A DNA stretch of 59,618 bases, the filler included, from Basidiobolus ranarum (lineage: Eukaryota): the NCBI GenBank assembly GCA_040143965.1. It is 11 parts of 11 records of this genome, joined end to end, with 100 filler letters (N's around TTAATTAATTAA, not from the genome) between each part and the next. Parts side by side here need not be neighbours in the genome. Positions count along the whole stretch, not along the records: positions 48,891 to 54,207 come from JASJQH010008510.1; positions 54,308 to 59,618 come from JASJQH010008511.1; 9 more parts are not named here. One strand, 5' to 3'. Positions 49,245 through 59,618 of the stretch are shown one piece after another. Under the pieces are notes generated by a model. It did not search any database, was not told the origin of the DNA, and worked only from the letters and a program-made list of their open reading frames with translations. Position 1 is the first letter of the stretch; each line of letters opens with the position of its first letter. The position numbers were made by a program, and so were the translations under genes.

Positions 49245-51156
49245 AAGCCTATGGGGATTCTTTAATGGTTGCCTGGCTTGGTTTCCATATATATAACCCT
49301 CACAAACTTCCATTTTGGTTGGGGGGGGTTAATTTGAATTCCAGAAATTAGGCAACTTTTGATCATTTTGCTCAAAAATTAGACATAATATGGTCAAACC
49401 CCTTATGCCATAATTGAATAATTTCTTAATTGGAAGAATGTATATTTACATATAAACCTCTTGAATAATATGTACATTTGCATAAGTTCCAATCCTTTTC
49501 TCCTGAAGCTAAATAATTCCCATTTTGATCAGTGATGGTGCATCCTGACTTATCAAAGTAGAATTTTGGCCCTTCTGAAGTAGCCTTGCATACAGATATT
49601 AAATTCTTGGCAATATCTGGAACATGTTATACATCCTTAAAAGTATACACTTTCTCTTCAGAAGCTTGTTTTAAATTGACTTAAATTGTTCCCATTCCAA
49701 TTGCATCTAATGTATGGTCATCTTCCATGAGAACCTTTCTTGGGATTTCTTCATGATCCACAAACCAATATTCTTCATTTGTGAAATATTGGGAGTCTCC
49801 AGAATTAGTATGCCATATCTGCAATTTCTTGTGGGTCATCATAGATAGAGCAGATATGAACAAATGATCTTCTGTGGTAACCACAATTCTAGATTCAGTA
49901 TGTTGTTCTTCTTTTGCAATTCTTTTAAAGCAATCTTTGCTTACATGGCCAGTTCTCTTACAGTAATTGCAGAAAGTGGCATTTCTCTTCTTGAAGTGCT
50001 TTTGCTCTTTGTAGGAAGGTTGCTCATAGCCTATTTAAGCATTTTGATTATTCTTTTGTTTGGATCCTTATCTGCATAAATCTTCATCCAAAAGTCTGCC
50101 AAACACATAGTTTAAGGTCATATTTTTAGTTCTGGACTCTAGAGTCATTACTAGGCTCTGAAACTTGTGTGACAGGCTATTCAAGACTGCAATCTAGATA
50201 ACTTGATCAGTACAAAGAACTCCAATGCATTCTGTTTCATCTACTAAATAATGACTCTCTTAATTAGTGATTTAATATCATCTCCTGGCTGCATTGTTAA
50301 GTTAAAGAATTGGCTTCTTAGAAACATCTTCTTGATTGCATAACATGCTTGGTGGCTGTTTTCCAAGGCTTTCCATACCTTCTTGGCAGTTTTAGCTTTT
50401 GAACATTGAATTAGCAATTTGTCTTTAACATTAAGGCAAATTGTGTTAAAGGTACTTTGTACTTTTTTAACCTGGAGTAAAACTTTGGTTTCAGAGAGCA
50501 TTGCATTATTTTCTTCTCCTACCATAGTGTCCAAAAGTCCTTTTTCTTGCAGCAGTATTTTCTTTTTAATTTTCCAAACTGGATAATTGGTTTCATCCAA
50601 TTTTTCAGAAGTGGAAAAAGTTCTCTTTTAACCTGGAGTAAAGCTTTGGTTTCAAATATCTTGCATTGTTTTCTTCTCCTACAACAGTGTCCAAAAGTTC
50701 TTTTTCTTGCAGGAGCATTTTCTTTTTAATTTTGCATACTTGTTCATTGGTTCCATGCACTGTTTCAGAAGAGGGAAAAGTTCCATAAATCTGAGAAGTA
50801 GACATTACAGAGAGTGCAAGCTTGGGACTGATAACCTGTTAAAGTATTTGGGAGCCTGTTGGATGTGGTTTGGAGAAATAGAGAAATTGGTTGCTTTTAC
50901 TTACTAATTTATTGAGTAAAAAGTTGACATTTTTAGTTTTGTCAGGATATAAGCAAACTTAGTCCCAGGAACAAGTGTTTTGGGGCTTCTAGCACAAGTT
51001 TGAAAAATCTACATATCTGAGAACTGCTAAGTTGGCAAAAATATATCAAGTAAACTCTGATTGAGAACAATGTGTAATATCTTGGTGAAATATAAGATAA
51101 CTTAGTACTAAGCTATATATGACTATGTAGGTGTTTAGTCAATGCTAATTTCAACA
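49245..51156 (-). mobile_element. Copia family A 5' half: LTR (50837-51156), PBS, gag, CCHC knuckle, protease, pre-integrase
   Basis: PBS GGTTATCAGTCCC; gag from 50805; CNYCKRTGHVSKDC; WHTNSGDSQYFT; LWHKGFDH. Confidence 0.92.
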
Positions 51157-51562
51157 GCAACGTCCCCTGAATTCTTCTTTACCAAGGCCAGAATTGTTAT
51201 GAATATACTTTGGCATATAAGTTCACCAATGCTGTGAATGGGACATTTACATTCTTAGCATATCATATCAAAGTAGAGCTGCTGAGAGTAAGACTGCTAC
51301 TTTTACACATAAATTAGTAGAAAGGCAGTGATCAAGAAGTGGCACTACCTGCTTGAATTCTATCTGACATGAGCTTGTTGCATTTGACTTGGCTTTACAA
51401 ATGCTTGATGCAGAAAAGCCTGCAATGGGTCAGATAGACTACTAGCTATATCTTTGAAATTACTATTCCTTGTACATTTCCTTTCTTAATATCTACTAAC
51501 CTGGCTTTTCATCCATTATCCATTTAGTTTTTCTTGATTTCCTTCCTGTTTATTGCTACTTG

Positions 51563-51845
51563 CACCTAAAAGCACCATATTTTTATCCTGATAACTAGAA
51601 AGCATTCACAGGTGAGTCAATGAAGGATAAGATGCTTAACTTTGACCATGTATTAGGAGGTTGTTATCCTAGTTCTCACTTGACTTAGATTAGGATACAT
51701 TTCACCTACAAGCACCATATCTACATCCATAAAACTTGAATACACCAATAGATGAGTCAAAGAAAGATATGACCCTATACTTTGACTATGTCCTAGGAGA
51801 TTGCTGTCCTAATTCTCACTCAATTTTGATGAGCATATAAGCCAC
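51563..51845. repeat. Degenerate 140-bp tandem duplication
   Basis: CACCTA.AAGCACCATAT at 51563 and 51703, with shared TGAGTCAA, CTTTGAC.ATGT, TAGGAG and TTCTCACT blocks. Confidence 0.7.
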
Positions 51846-53149
51846 ATAATTTTCATATGACCTGATGTATTTATTCTTGTAAATGATTTAAACATCTCAT
51901 AAAGTAAACTGGAAGCTATGATTTTTGATATGTATACTACTTAGGCAGTAAGTGCCTAGGTTATGCTTACTTACATGTTGGTGCAGAATTTAAATCAATT
52001 TAGCCAGGATTGCTAGAGAATAACAAATATAATGATACCATCTTGAGATTGATTGTTTAACAGAAGAGGCTCTATATTACTGAATGTCTTTCCAATACCT
52101 AAGTGAATTCAGAATGGTGATAATCACTTACTGAATAACTGCTTTCATATTTATACTCATAGTACCAGCTCACAGATATTTACTTATTTGCTCAGTATAA
52201 TTGACATCATCCCACAGCTTGTAGATGTTATAGTTCCTCACTGGTGCAGTAGTATAAACTTGCTGATCCCATGTTCTTCACTAAATTTTTCTCTCTCATG
52301 CAGAGGGAAATATATACACACCTAACATGTAGATAGATGGCTGTTTACGCATGTAACTAGACCAACTACAAAGTTTTTAATACAACATACAATTTATCTA
52401 ATCCATTCAGCATATGTTGAGCTATAATAAGCTGCTATATGCATCATTAGGCAGACTTGGGTTAACATGAATCATGCACTGGCTAGAGATGTAAAATTGT
52501 CATGTATCCTGCTCAAACCTAGCTATCTTAGATCAGCATCATTGCAATAAGTGATGAATGAAAGTTTACTTTATTGTTAATACTCCTCTCAAAGCAGCCT
52601 ATGATCATGAGAACATCATCAAGTACTTGTCCAAGAAGTCTATAAAAAGCCATTCTATATCCCTTCTCATCACAACATCATTTTTCTATTCACACTTTGC
52701 ATATTTACCTTCTGGGACCTATAGAAATGCTCAAAATGGTGGCTGAAAAAGGTAATACCATTTATGTTCCAGCTCAATACCTTGGACAAAAGGTGCAAAT
52801 GCTTACATGGAGCCAGAAGCATTGCACTTGCAAAAGAAGTACTACATTTGCAAGTTCATTAACAAGACCAAGGGTATGACTCTCCTTCTTCTTATGTTTT
52901 TCCCAATATCCACATATGCTAACAGCAATAATGACTCAAGGTGATGAGGACTTAATCTACATCCAAGCAGCAAGCTTGAGGAGTTCTAGCACAAGAAACC
53001 AGATGGTGAAAAGTTCACCCTTGTAGTTGTTCCAATATGGTCAAAATAACAAGAAGACTATCTGCTGGCTCTGTTACCATGACAAGGGAAATAAACCCTA
53101 CCAAGTAAAATATTTGCTCTGTTCACATATTTGTTAGAGAATCGTGACC

Positions 53150-53940
53150 AAGTTGTACTAAATTTGATCTATCTGTAATCCTGCTTTGTTGAGGGCACTG
53201 TAACACAGTATGGAAACATGGCTGTAGAGTTGATTAGGAAGGCTGGTTATACTTGATTTAACAATGCTGGCAAGATTACACAGAACCTCATTGGTCATTG
53301 TCTTCACAACTTCTAGGCTGCCTTCTTTTGCTATCTGCTGTTAAGTGTATGTCTCTTTTCATGATAGTTTTGGAATTTTTATTTCCCAAAATATGGGAGT
53401 GAGGATTAATAAGTAGGCTGCTTTACAAGGTTGTGAGTTTTGATGATTGGAAAAATATAACAAAGCAACATGCCAGCAATGGTAGCACTCAGCAAAGTAG
53501 ACATAGTACCACACAACATGGCTCCAAAGGCACCAATTTGAATGCCAAAAGATGCCAAGTTATTAAACCTATAAAGATAGTAAATGGTCAAATATGAGAT
53601 TCTGCAGTAGTTAATCTAAAAATGTTGTGAATTCATTGACAAATATGTTAGTGGCAACAGTTAGTAAATTGGCACTTAGAACACCCACATGAAAGGATAG
53701 AATAAATATCCAACAATAAGCACAAGAGTAAGAAAGTCCACATTTAAGAAGTTTCCCACCCTAATAAGGAAGGAATTGACCAAGGCTAGAAGAGAAACAA
53801 ATGATATATCAGTAGCAAGAATCAACAATCCTTGTCTTCACTCTGGGGAATCTGGGTAGCAAATCCTGAAGTAATGGCAGAATGAGGCTAACTGCAAGTC
53901 ACAGTTGCTAAAAATGATGTATTAGAAAATGGGTTGACAT
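53150..53940 (-). pseudogene. Possible decayed multi-pass membrane protein gene
   Basis: Successive hydrophobic reading segments broken by stops and frameshifts, in CpG-poor DNA. Confidence 0.3.
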
Positions 53941-54207
53941 TGCTGGGTCTCTACTCAATCTATGAATGTAGAGCAGGTATCAGTATTTTACGCCATATAT
54001 TTTACACCATACCTCTAGCTGGAAAGAAGGAAGCTTGGTTAAATGTTCAGCTTAAAGGCTGGGATGGGTTCTCTCAAAGAGTTCTCTAGAAAGGAAAACA
54101 ATTATATCTTAGTACCTGGTGCCCATTACACACTCTTGAACCATCACTACGTTTCTTTGTTCTAGCAGTACCTCTGCGCAGAACTAAGCAGATTGATCTT
54201 TATATAT

Positions 54208-54307
54208 NNNNNNNNNNNNNNNNNNNNNNNNNNNNNNNNNNNNNNNNNNNNTTAATTAATTAANNNNNNNNNNNNNNNNNNNNNNNNNNNNNNNNNNNNN
54301 NNNNNNN
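54208..54307. other. Artificial contig linker
   Basis: Same 100-bp spacer. Confidence 0.99.
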
Positions 54308-55188
54308 TAGACATGAGTTTGGTGTATTTAGTATAATTAGAAGTACTATCGGGTTCAAATTTACACTCGTGGATCAAAATTGCTTTATACAAAGAACTTA
54401 GCCTCCAAACAGGTATTTGAGGATCAGGTGATTTGGCTGACTATTTACCATATGTTCGCTTATTCACACCAGCTTAGCCAAGACGATGAAGTCTCATAAT
54501 GGAGCGCATAAACAAAGCCGATCAGGTAGGTTCGTGCGCGTGCTTCCCCTGGCCTAGTGAGTCCCGGTACTAGATGATCTATGAACTAGGGTGAGTTATC
54601 GCGATCGAATAGGAACTCACACAGCATATCGGCACTAACAAGACGAACAATCATGGATAATCGTGGGATCGGCAATGGTTGGCGGCCCTTCTCGGAGAAA
54701 GGTGTATCTCATATTGCGGCACACGGAGCAAACACTAGTTTCACTGAGTTTTACGCATTTGGACAGATGGGACACTGACTAGAACACCAAGTCTAGGGGC
54801 ATAGGTGGCGGTTTTAGCCAAGAATGGTGGTCGAAACCTGAAGGTAAATAAGTGCATCTAAAACAAACGGTGATTAATATGCTACCACAGAACCAATCAC
54901 TCCTCAACGCTCTCTTACTCAGCTTCGTTCCTTTTAATAATACTTCTCAATCACACTAAAATTGGTTAGGTTAACTTCACAACGGGCAGATTAGAGATTG
55001 AAGCTTCGCCATTCGATCTGACTACTCTCACACACTCACCTTCTAGCATCACCCGATTCGTTTTTGATGCCCCTTCTGCTTACCCGGATCGTATATTAAC
55101 GACCATCTCCTCATCAGAGAATCTCCATTTAACAACTCATTTAGACTGCAATCCCAAGTAACTCCCTCACTGTTAGCATCGTTCGACC

Positions 55189-55680
55189 ATGGTATCATGC
55201 CTCAATGCCCCTCGTTCGTCAGTCGATGCTTTGGCACTTCCTGAATCCACTAGAGTTGACCATGACGGATTACGTGTGCTAGTTGTAGATGATAATAGCC
55301 TCTACCTTAGCATCGTCACTCGAATGCTAGCGAAATATTTCACAACTCAGGTGAAGTACACCTACGCCACCACTTCTGCATTAGGTGCACTAGAATCATT
55401 ATCTCTACACAATTATGATCTGATACTTTTGGATATCGATATGCCAGTTCTAACTGGGATTGAAACTACCATAGAAATACGAAACCCTTACAGTCGGTTT
55501 CGAATACTGGCTTCAAACAGAACCATCCCTATCATTGCTGTTACCACCAACGCTTTGGAAGAACACCGGAGACTTTATACGGAGATAGGCATGAATGCCT
55601 GTGTTGGTAAACCTGTGACTCTTGATGAACTGAGAGGAGTGTTAAATACCGTCACCGGAATAACTACAACATCCCAGTAA
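55189..55680 (+). CDS. Stand-alone response-regulator receiver (CheY-like) protein, 163 aa
   Basis: Intronless. LRVLVVDDN, YDLILLDIDMPVLTG (phospho-acceptor Asp), PIIAVTTN, GMNACVGKP. Confidence 0.92.
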   Translation: MVSCLNAPRSSVDALALPESTRVDHDGLRVLVVDDNSLYLSIVTRMLAKYFTTQVKYTYATTSALGALESLSLHNYDLILLDIDMPVLTGIETTIEIRNPYSRFRILASNRTIPIIAVTTNALEEHRRLYTEIGMNACVGKPVTLDELRGVLNTVTGITTTSQ

Positions 55681-57329
55681 ACCGCACACACTTCCGAATG
55701 AAAGCAATCTTTACGAGCTATCTACGGAAAGAGAATCTGAGGGTTGATCTTTTGTATTTCACTTTACTTACTCCTATTAAGGACTAGCCCTGGTCACTCT
55801 AATATTCATCATTTGACATTAGACTGTAATCTCTATACTTTACGAATAGCTCTCTGCACTATTGTATCCTATCTCTTCCCTTCCTGTCACGTCGATTCCT
55901 TATTCTTTGTAAATATTTACTATCCCGATCTCTTCATAGATAGGCTTCATATGAAATTGATTAAATCACCTGAACATATTTTGAACCAAAAAGTAGCTAT
56001 TTATTTACATCAATTCGGTTTCCCATCAATCTATTCATGGAAATTAACGAGAAGTTGTTGATTTATTCATCGGGTTCTGACCAAGGTAGCTGACGAAGAT
56101 ACCAATTGATCATGAGTTGCGAAGCATACCAATTACCAACTAGGATCACCACCGGGGTTACCACTGAAACCATGATCTGTTTCACGAAGCTTCGCGAACA
56201 AGGCTTCCGAACGAAGAGCCACTCTCCAGAGTACCATCATCAACCTCCAAATGCGTTGAGGTAGGTTCACGTAACCTGGGTGGATTCTTCACGTGAGTGG
56301 TGGAGATTTTTACCACTAAAACTAAATAACATTCATGAAGATGAGTAAGTTTCCGGCAAATCCAATGATTGATGTGTAAACGTGCCAACGAATGACCGTT
56401 GCTTTTAAATGACTGGCAAAGTTGGAGTTCCACTGATGCTTCGTGAATCCAATATGAGTATGAATATGGCGTCAGTGATTGGTTGATGTAAATATATCAG
56501 TAACTGTTGATATCCATCCATTCACAGAAATAGATGTATACTCCTGTCAGTCAATGGATGTCGCGTAGACAGGGAATAGAATCCAAGCAGATGGAGATTC
56601 ATTGCTTTATAATGGCTACCAGACAAAAGACATATTGGTAGTATCTATTTGTAATGGGCCAGAGGTATTATATATGGATAATCCAAAGAAATATATGAGC
56701 TGCACTTGGTTAGAGGAAGTGGAGAATGCCAATAAAAATGTAGTCTGATTCGAATATTGGTGTTTGGTACCTAAATATAGCAGTTTCATACTTTATTTAC
56801 TAGCATCCTTAAGATCGTTGCTCATCGCTGCTCCTGAAACAAGTCACTGGACTGCTGCAAAAAAATCTTCTACTCTCTGAAAGCCACTGAGAATAACCTT
56901 TCAAAATGGATATCCTATTTTAGAATGTTTACCCTTGGCCGCTCCACCTTGGGTGGCCTCTTGGTTAAATAAGGTCTATTTCTGAATAGAATCTTATAAA
57001 AGGGGAGGAGTAATGTCCCTGCGTTGCAATAAAGCACCTATCATTGGTTAGCTCGCTGCCACAACTGAGCCCTACAATAAATTCTGGTCTAAATGGCCGT
57101 GGAATAGAATAGCAGAAGGTACCTTTTTTTGGACAGTTGCTTTGTACGGTATGTATTTCTATCAATTGATCTGGGATAGTCCTATGATCGGTTGAAACAT
57201 GGCTCGGCTGAATTGTTGCCATGATTTCTATGAAAGATGGTTCTAGTCTAAATAAATATTACATTTGGAAATGCCATATGGAATGTTGGATTCTGTAGAT
57301 TGGACTTTTTGCTGCCGAGTGAGCATTAT

Positions 57330-59618
57330 AGTTGACATATAGTTAAGAATTTAAGTTAACCATAGTTTTTCTACTTTGAGACACACTCACTTGCCTAATT
57401 GCTAAAAGTATGTCCACCATATATTTATTGAGATATATACCAAAGCAAAAGATTCAATTAGTGTTAGCTATAAACTATATAAAAAACTATGAAATATTAG
57501 GTGCCAAGCAGATAGATTCCTAATTACTTGAGAGATAGCATAGGATTAGGCCAGTAACCTGGAGCTAGGGCCACATGATATTTTAGAATGTGAATTATGA
57601 TAATCAGAGCACAATAAGGTTGAGTGGAGATTGTTGTAGCAGTCAAGGCTTTACCAAACATGATTTACCAAATGGAGTTGTTGTGAGTTTGAGAAATGCT
57701 TATAATTAATGTAAAGCAAGATATTTATCTTTTTAGTCAATATACATGAAAATAACAATATAACCATGTTAGAACATCTAGAAGATCAGAATGAGCTACT
57801 TTAAGGTTGATTTGCAACAAATTGAATTTTCAAGTATGAGAACTCAGATTCGTGATCACAGTACATAGACACAGAGCCTAGTTTTATTCTTGACTAGGTG
57901 ATACAAGCTTGAAAAATGCGAGAGAAGTAAAATATAAAATAAACAAGAAACATGAACCAAAAACATAGGTAAAAAATGTTGTATTCTCAGATACTGCACA
58001 GAGAGCAACTCTCCAATATAAAATATATTCAATAAATCTGCCTTTCTACACTAAGAGGATAACAATATTTTGATTGCAATTATCTAAGTATTAGGAGATT
58101 TGAATATTGATATTTTGGCTGTAAATGAGCCAGATTATGTACTGCAGTATCATTATTAGATATTTAAGTGAGCAGAGGAACTATGAAACTGACTCACATA
58201 GAATATAGTTACAGGCTGGCCTCTTCTGGAGTTATGTATCTTTATATATCTACAAAAGCAACAAACATTAAATGAGCTTGGTTAACAACCATCAATACTC
58301 CATTCCTGCACTTCTGTATTAGAAATTTGAATTGAAGCACCTGAAAAAATTTGGCAAAACATTTGCTTGGTCTTGATTTGGCATTAGAATTCTATCTGAC
58401 TATGGTAGCAAAACAAACCTCCAATGATTATTGGCCAAAAACCTTGCTTGATCACCTACTAAGGAAGCAAAAAGCCCCACAAAAGAATCTAAAGTTTATT
58501 GCCACTTTAAAGTTGACTGAATTTACTACTTTGATTGAACCAACAGTCACATCACTTTTATCAGCAGTAGTATTTGTATCAACACTTTTCAGAAGTTGGG
58601 TGCTAGCTACTAGCAGGTAACATTTACTTACCTGAAGTTTTCCTTTGGCTGCCAGACAGGATGGAGTTTTCTTTTTGGAATGAGGTGTTGGGTAAACTTT
58701 TTTTTTGCCATCTAGTAAGAGTGAACTTGTTCATTGTGCAAGGATTTATCATAACTTGGCTTGATTAATTAGAGTGAAGATGATATATATTGATCATGAT
58801 AGTGGATACCTAATTGTGCTGCATAGATTTTGGAATACTTTAACCAATATGATACATAGAGCACAATCTGGTAATATCACAGTGAACAAGTCCAGTGTAT
58901 GTTGTTGCTTCCATAGTGTACATCCATGCATTGATATCATAGCTTTCTGACTAGATAGGCATACCAGGTATATATATATATATCTGGTACAACAAATTAC
59001 AAGTATTAATCTCAGTTGGAGCATTTGTTCTGGTCTGATTGCAAACTTATACATTCCTGATAAAAAAGAAATGATTTCACAGTAATCATAGCCCGGAGAA
59101 ATCATGGATAAGCACAACAAATATGTTCCATTAGTAACTTTGTGATTGCTATCTTCAGCTCTTTCCATCTGAACTGAAAATCAAAGCTATCCTAGCAAGA
59201 TTTCTGATAGCTTGTTTAATATCTGAACTCTCACTATCACATTTAACCCCATCATGTTCAGTTTTTTGATTCAATGGTTTTCCAATGATTGATTGGTTTT
59301 CCTTGGTTAATGATATTGATGGCTGTTTCAGTGCATTGATACATTCAATATGGATTTTCTTCATTGGATGCTGCTGATATACCTGAAAAAATTGAGGTAA
59401 TAATGGCTGTAATTATCCTGTTTCCCATCTCAGCATACTAACCCACCATATCTGAAACCTTCCATTGTTAGATTATGATATATCTACTGTCAAGAGCAGG
59501 TTAATCATGTTGAAGTTTATTATCTTTATCATATATGTTATCCCTATCTTTATACACCTAACTATTTCATATATCACATATTAGTTAGTCAACATTATTT
59601 AGTCAAATATCACTTAGC
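57330..59618. repeat. CpG-depleted decayed repeat region, mostly unclassified
   Basis: Abrupt loss of CG. Includes a PPT/LTR-start-like GGTTGAGTGGAGATTGTTG near 57618 and the MITE below. Confidence 0.45.
58723..58893. mobile_element. 171-bp MITE, second full copy, AGT target-site duplication
   Basis: GAACTTGTTC...GAACAAGTCC, alignable end to end with 1064-1245, flanked by AGT at 58720-58722 and 58894-58896. Confidence 0.88.

Noticed and set aside
5343..54307. Regularly spaced TTAATTAATTAA palindromes as a repeat array
   Set aside because: Embedded in N-runs of fixed length; they are synthetic six-frame-stop linkers.
55744..57222. Several 80-105-aa ORFs downstream of the response regulator
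   Set aside because: No domains or consistent splice pattern; likely UTR or intergenic.
58794..59168. 124-aa ORF and an apparent Ulp1-like NNIHW motif in another frame
   Set aside because: Both cross the MITE junction at 58893; the HW disappears when the MITE is removed.
1..59618. tRNA, rRNA or CRISPR loci
   Set aside because: No convincing cloverleaf, rRNA-like sequence or repeat-spacer array seen by eye; tRNAscan-SE and Infernal would settle this.

Overview
This window is not one locus. It is 11 short contigs of a eukaryotic, early-diverging-fungus-like genome joined by ten identical 100-bp N44-TTAATTAATTAA-N44 linkers. Contig lengths fall steadily from 5342 to 5311 bp, so they were sorted by size and adjacency across linkers means nothing. 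The lineage is inferred from gene content and short GT-AG introns; Basidiobolus or another zygomycete-grade fungus is only a guess. Two sequence compartments are visible. CpG-normal genic DNA encodes a 3'-truncated formin, a pore-less voltage-sensor-like membrane protein, a 3xCBM18-CE4 chitin deacetylase, a Thr-rich repeat protein, RMD5/GID2, ARPC4/ARC19, a PRL-type phosphatase, a GPCR-like protein, an F-box/LRR protein and a stand-alone response regulator. Almost CpG-free DNA holds nested, decayed transposons: three Ty1/copia LTR families with Ty5-like half-tRNA primer sites, Ty3/gypsy pol, a CACTA element with two head-to-head genes, and a small TIR (MITE) family with GGACTTGTTC ends and 3-bp target duplications. 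I found no operon-like novel system. The best leads are the MITE family, the VSD-only protein, the CAAX-less PRL with a MinD-like tail, the stand-alone receiver and the repeat-specific CpG loss. Exon boundaries were read by eye.
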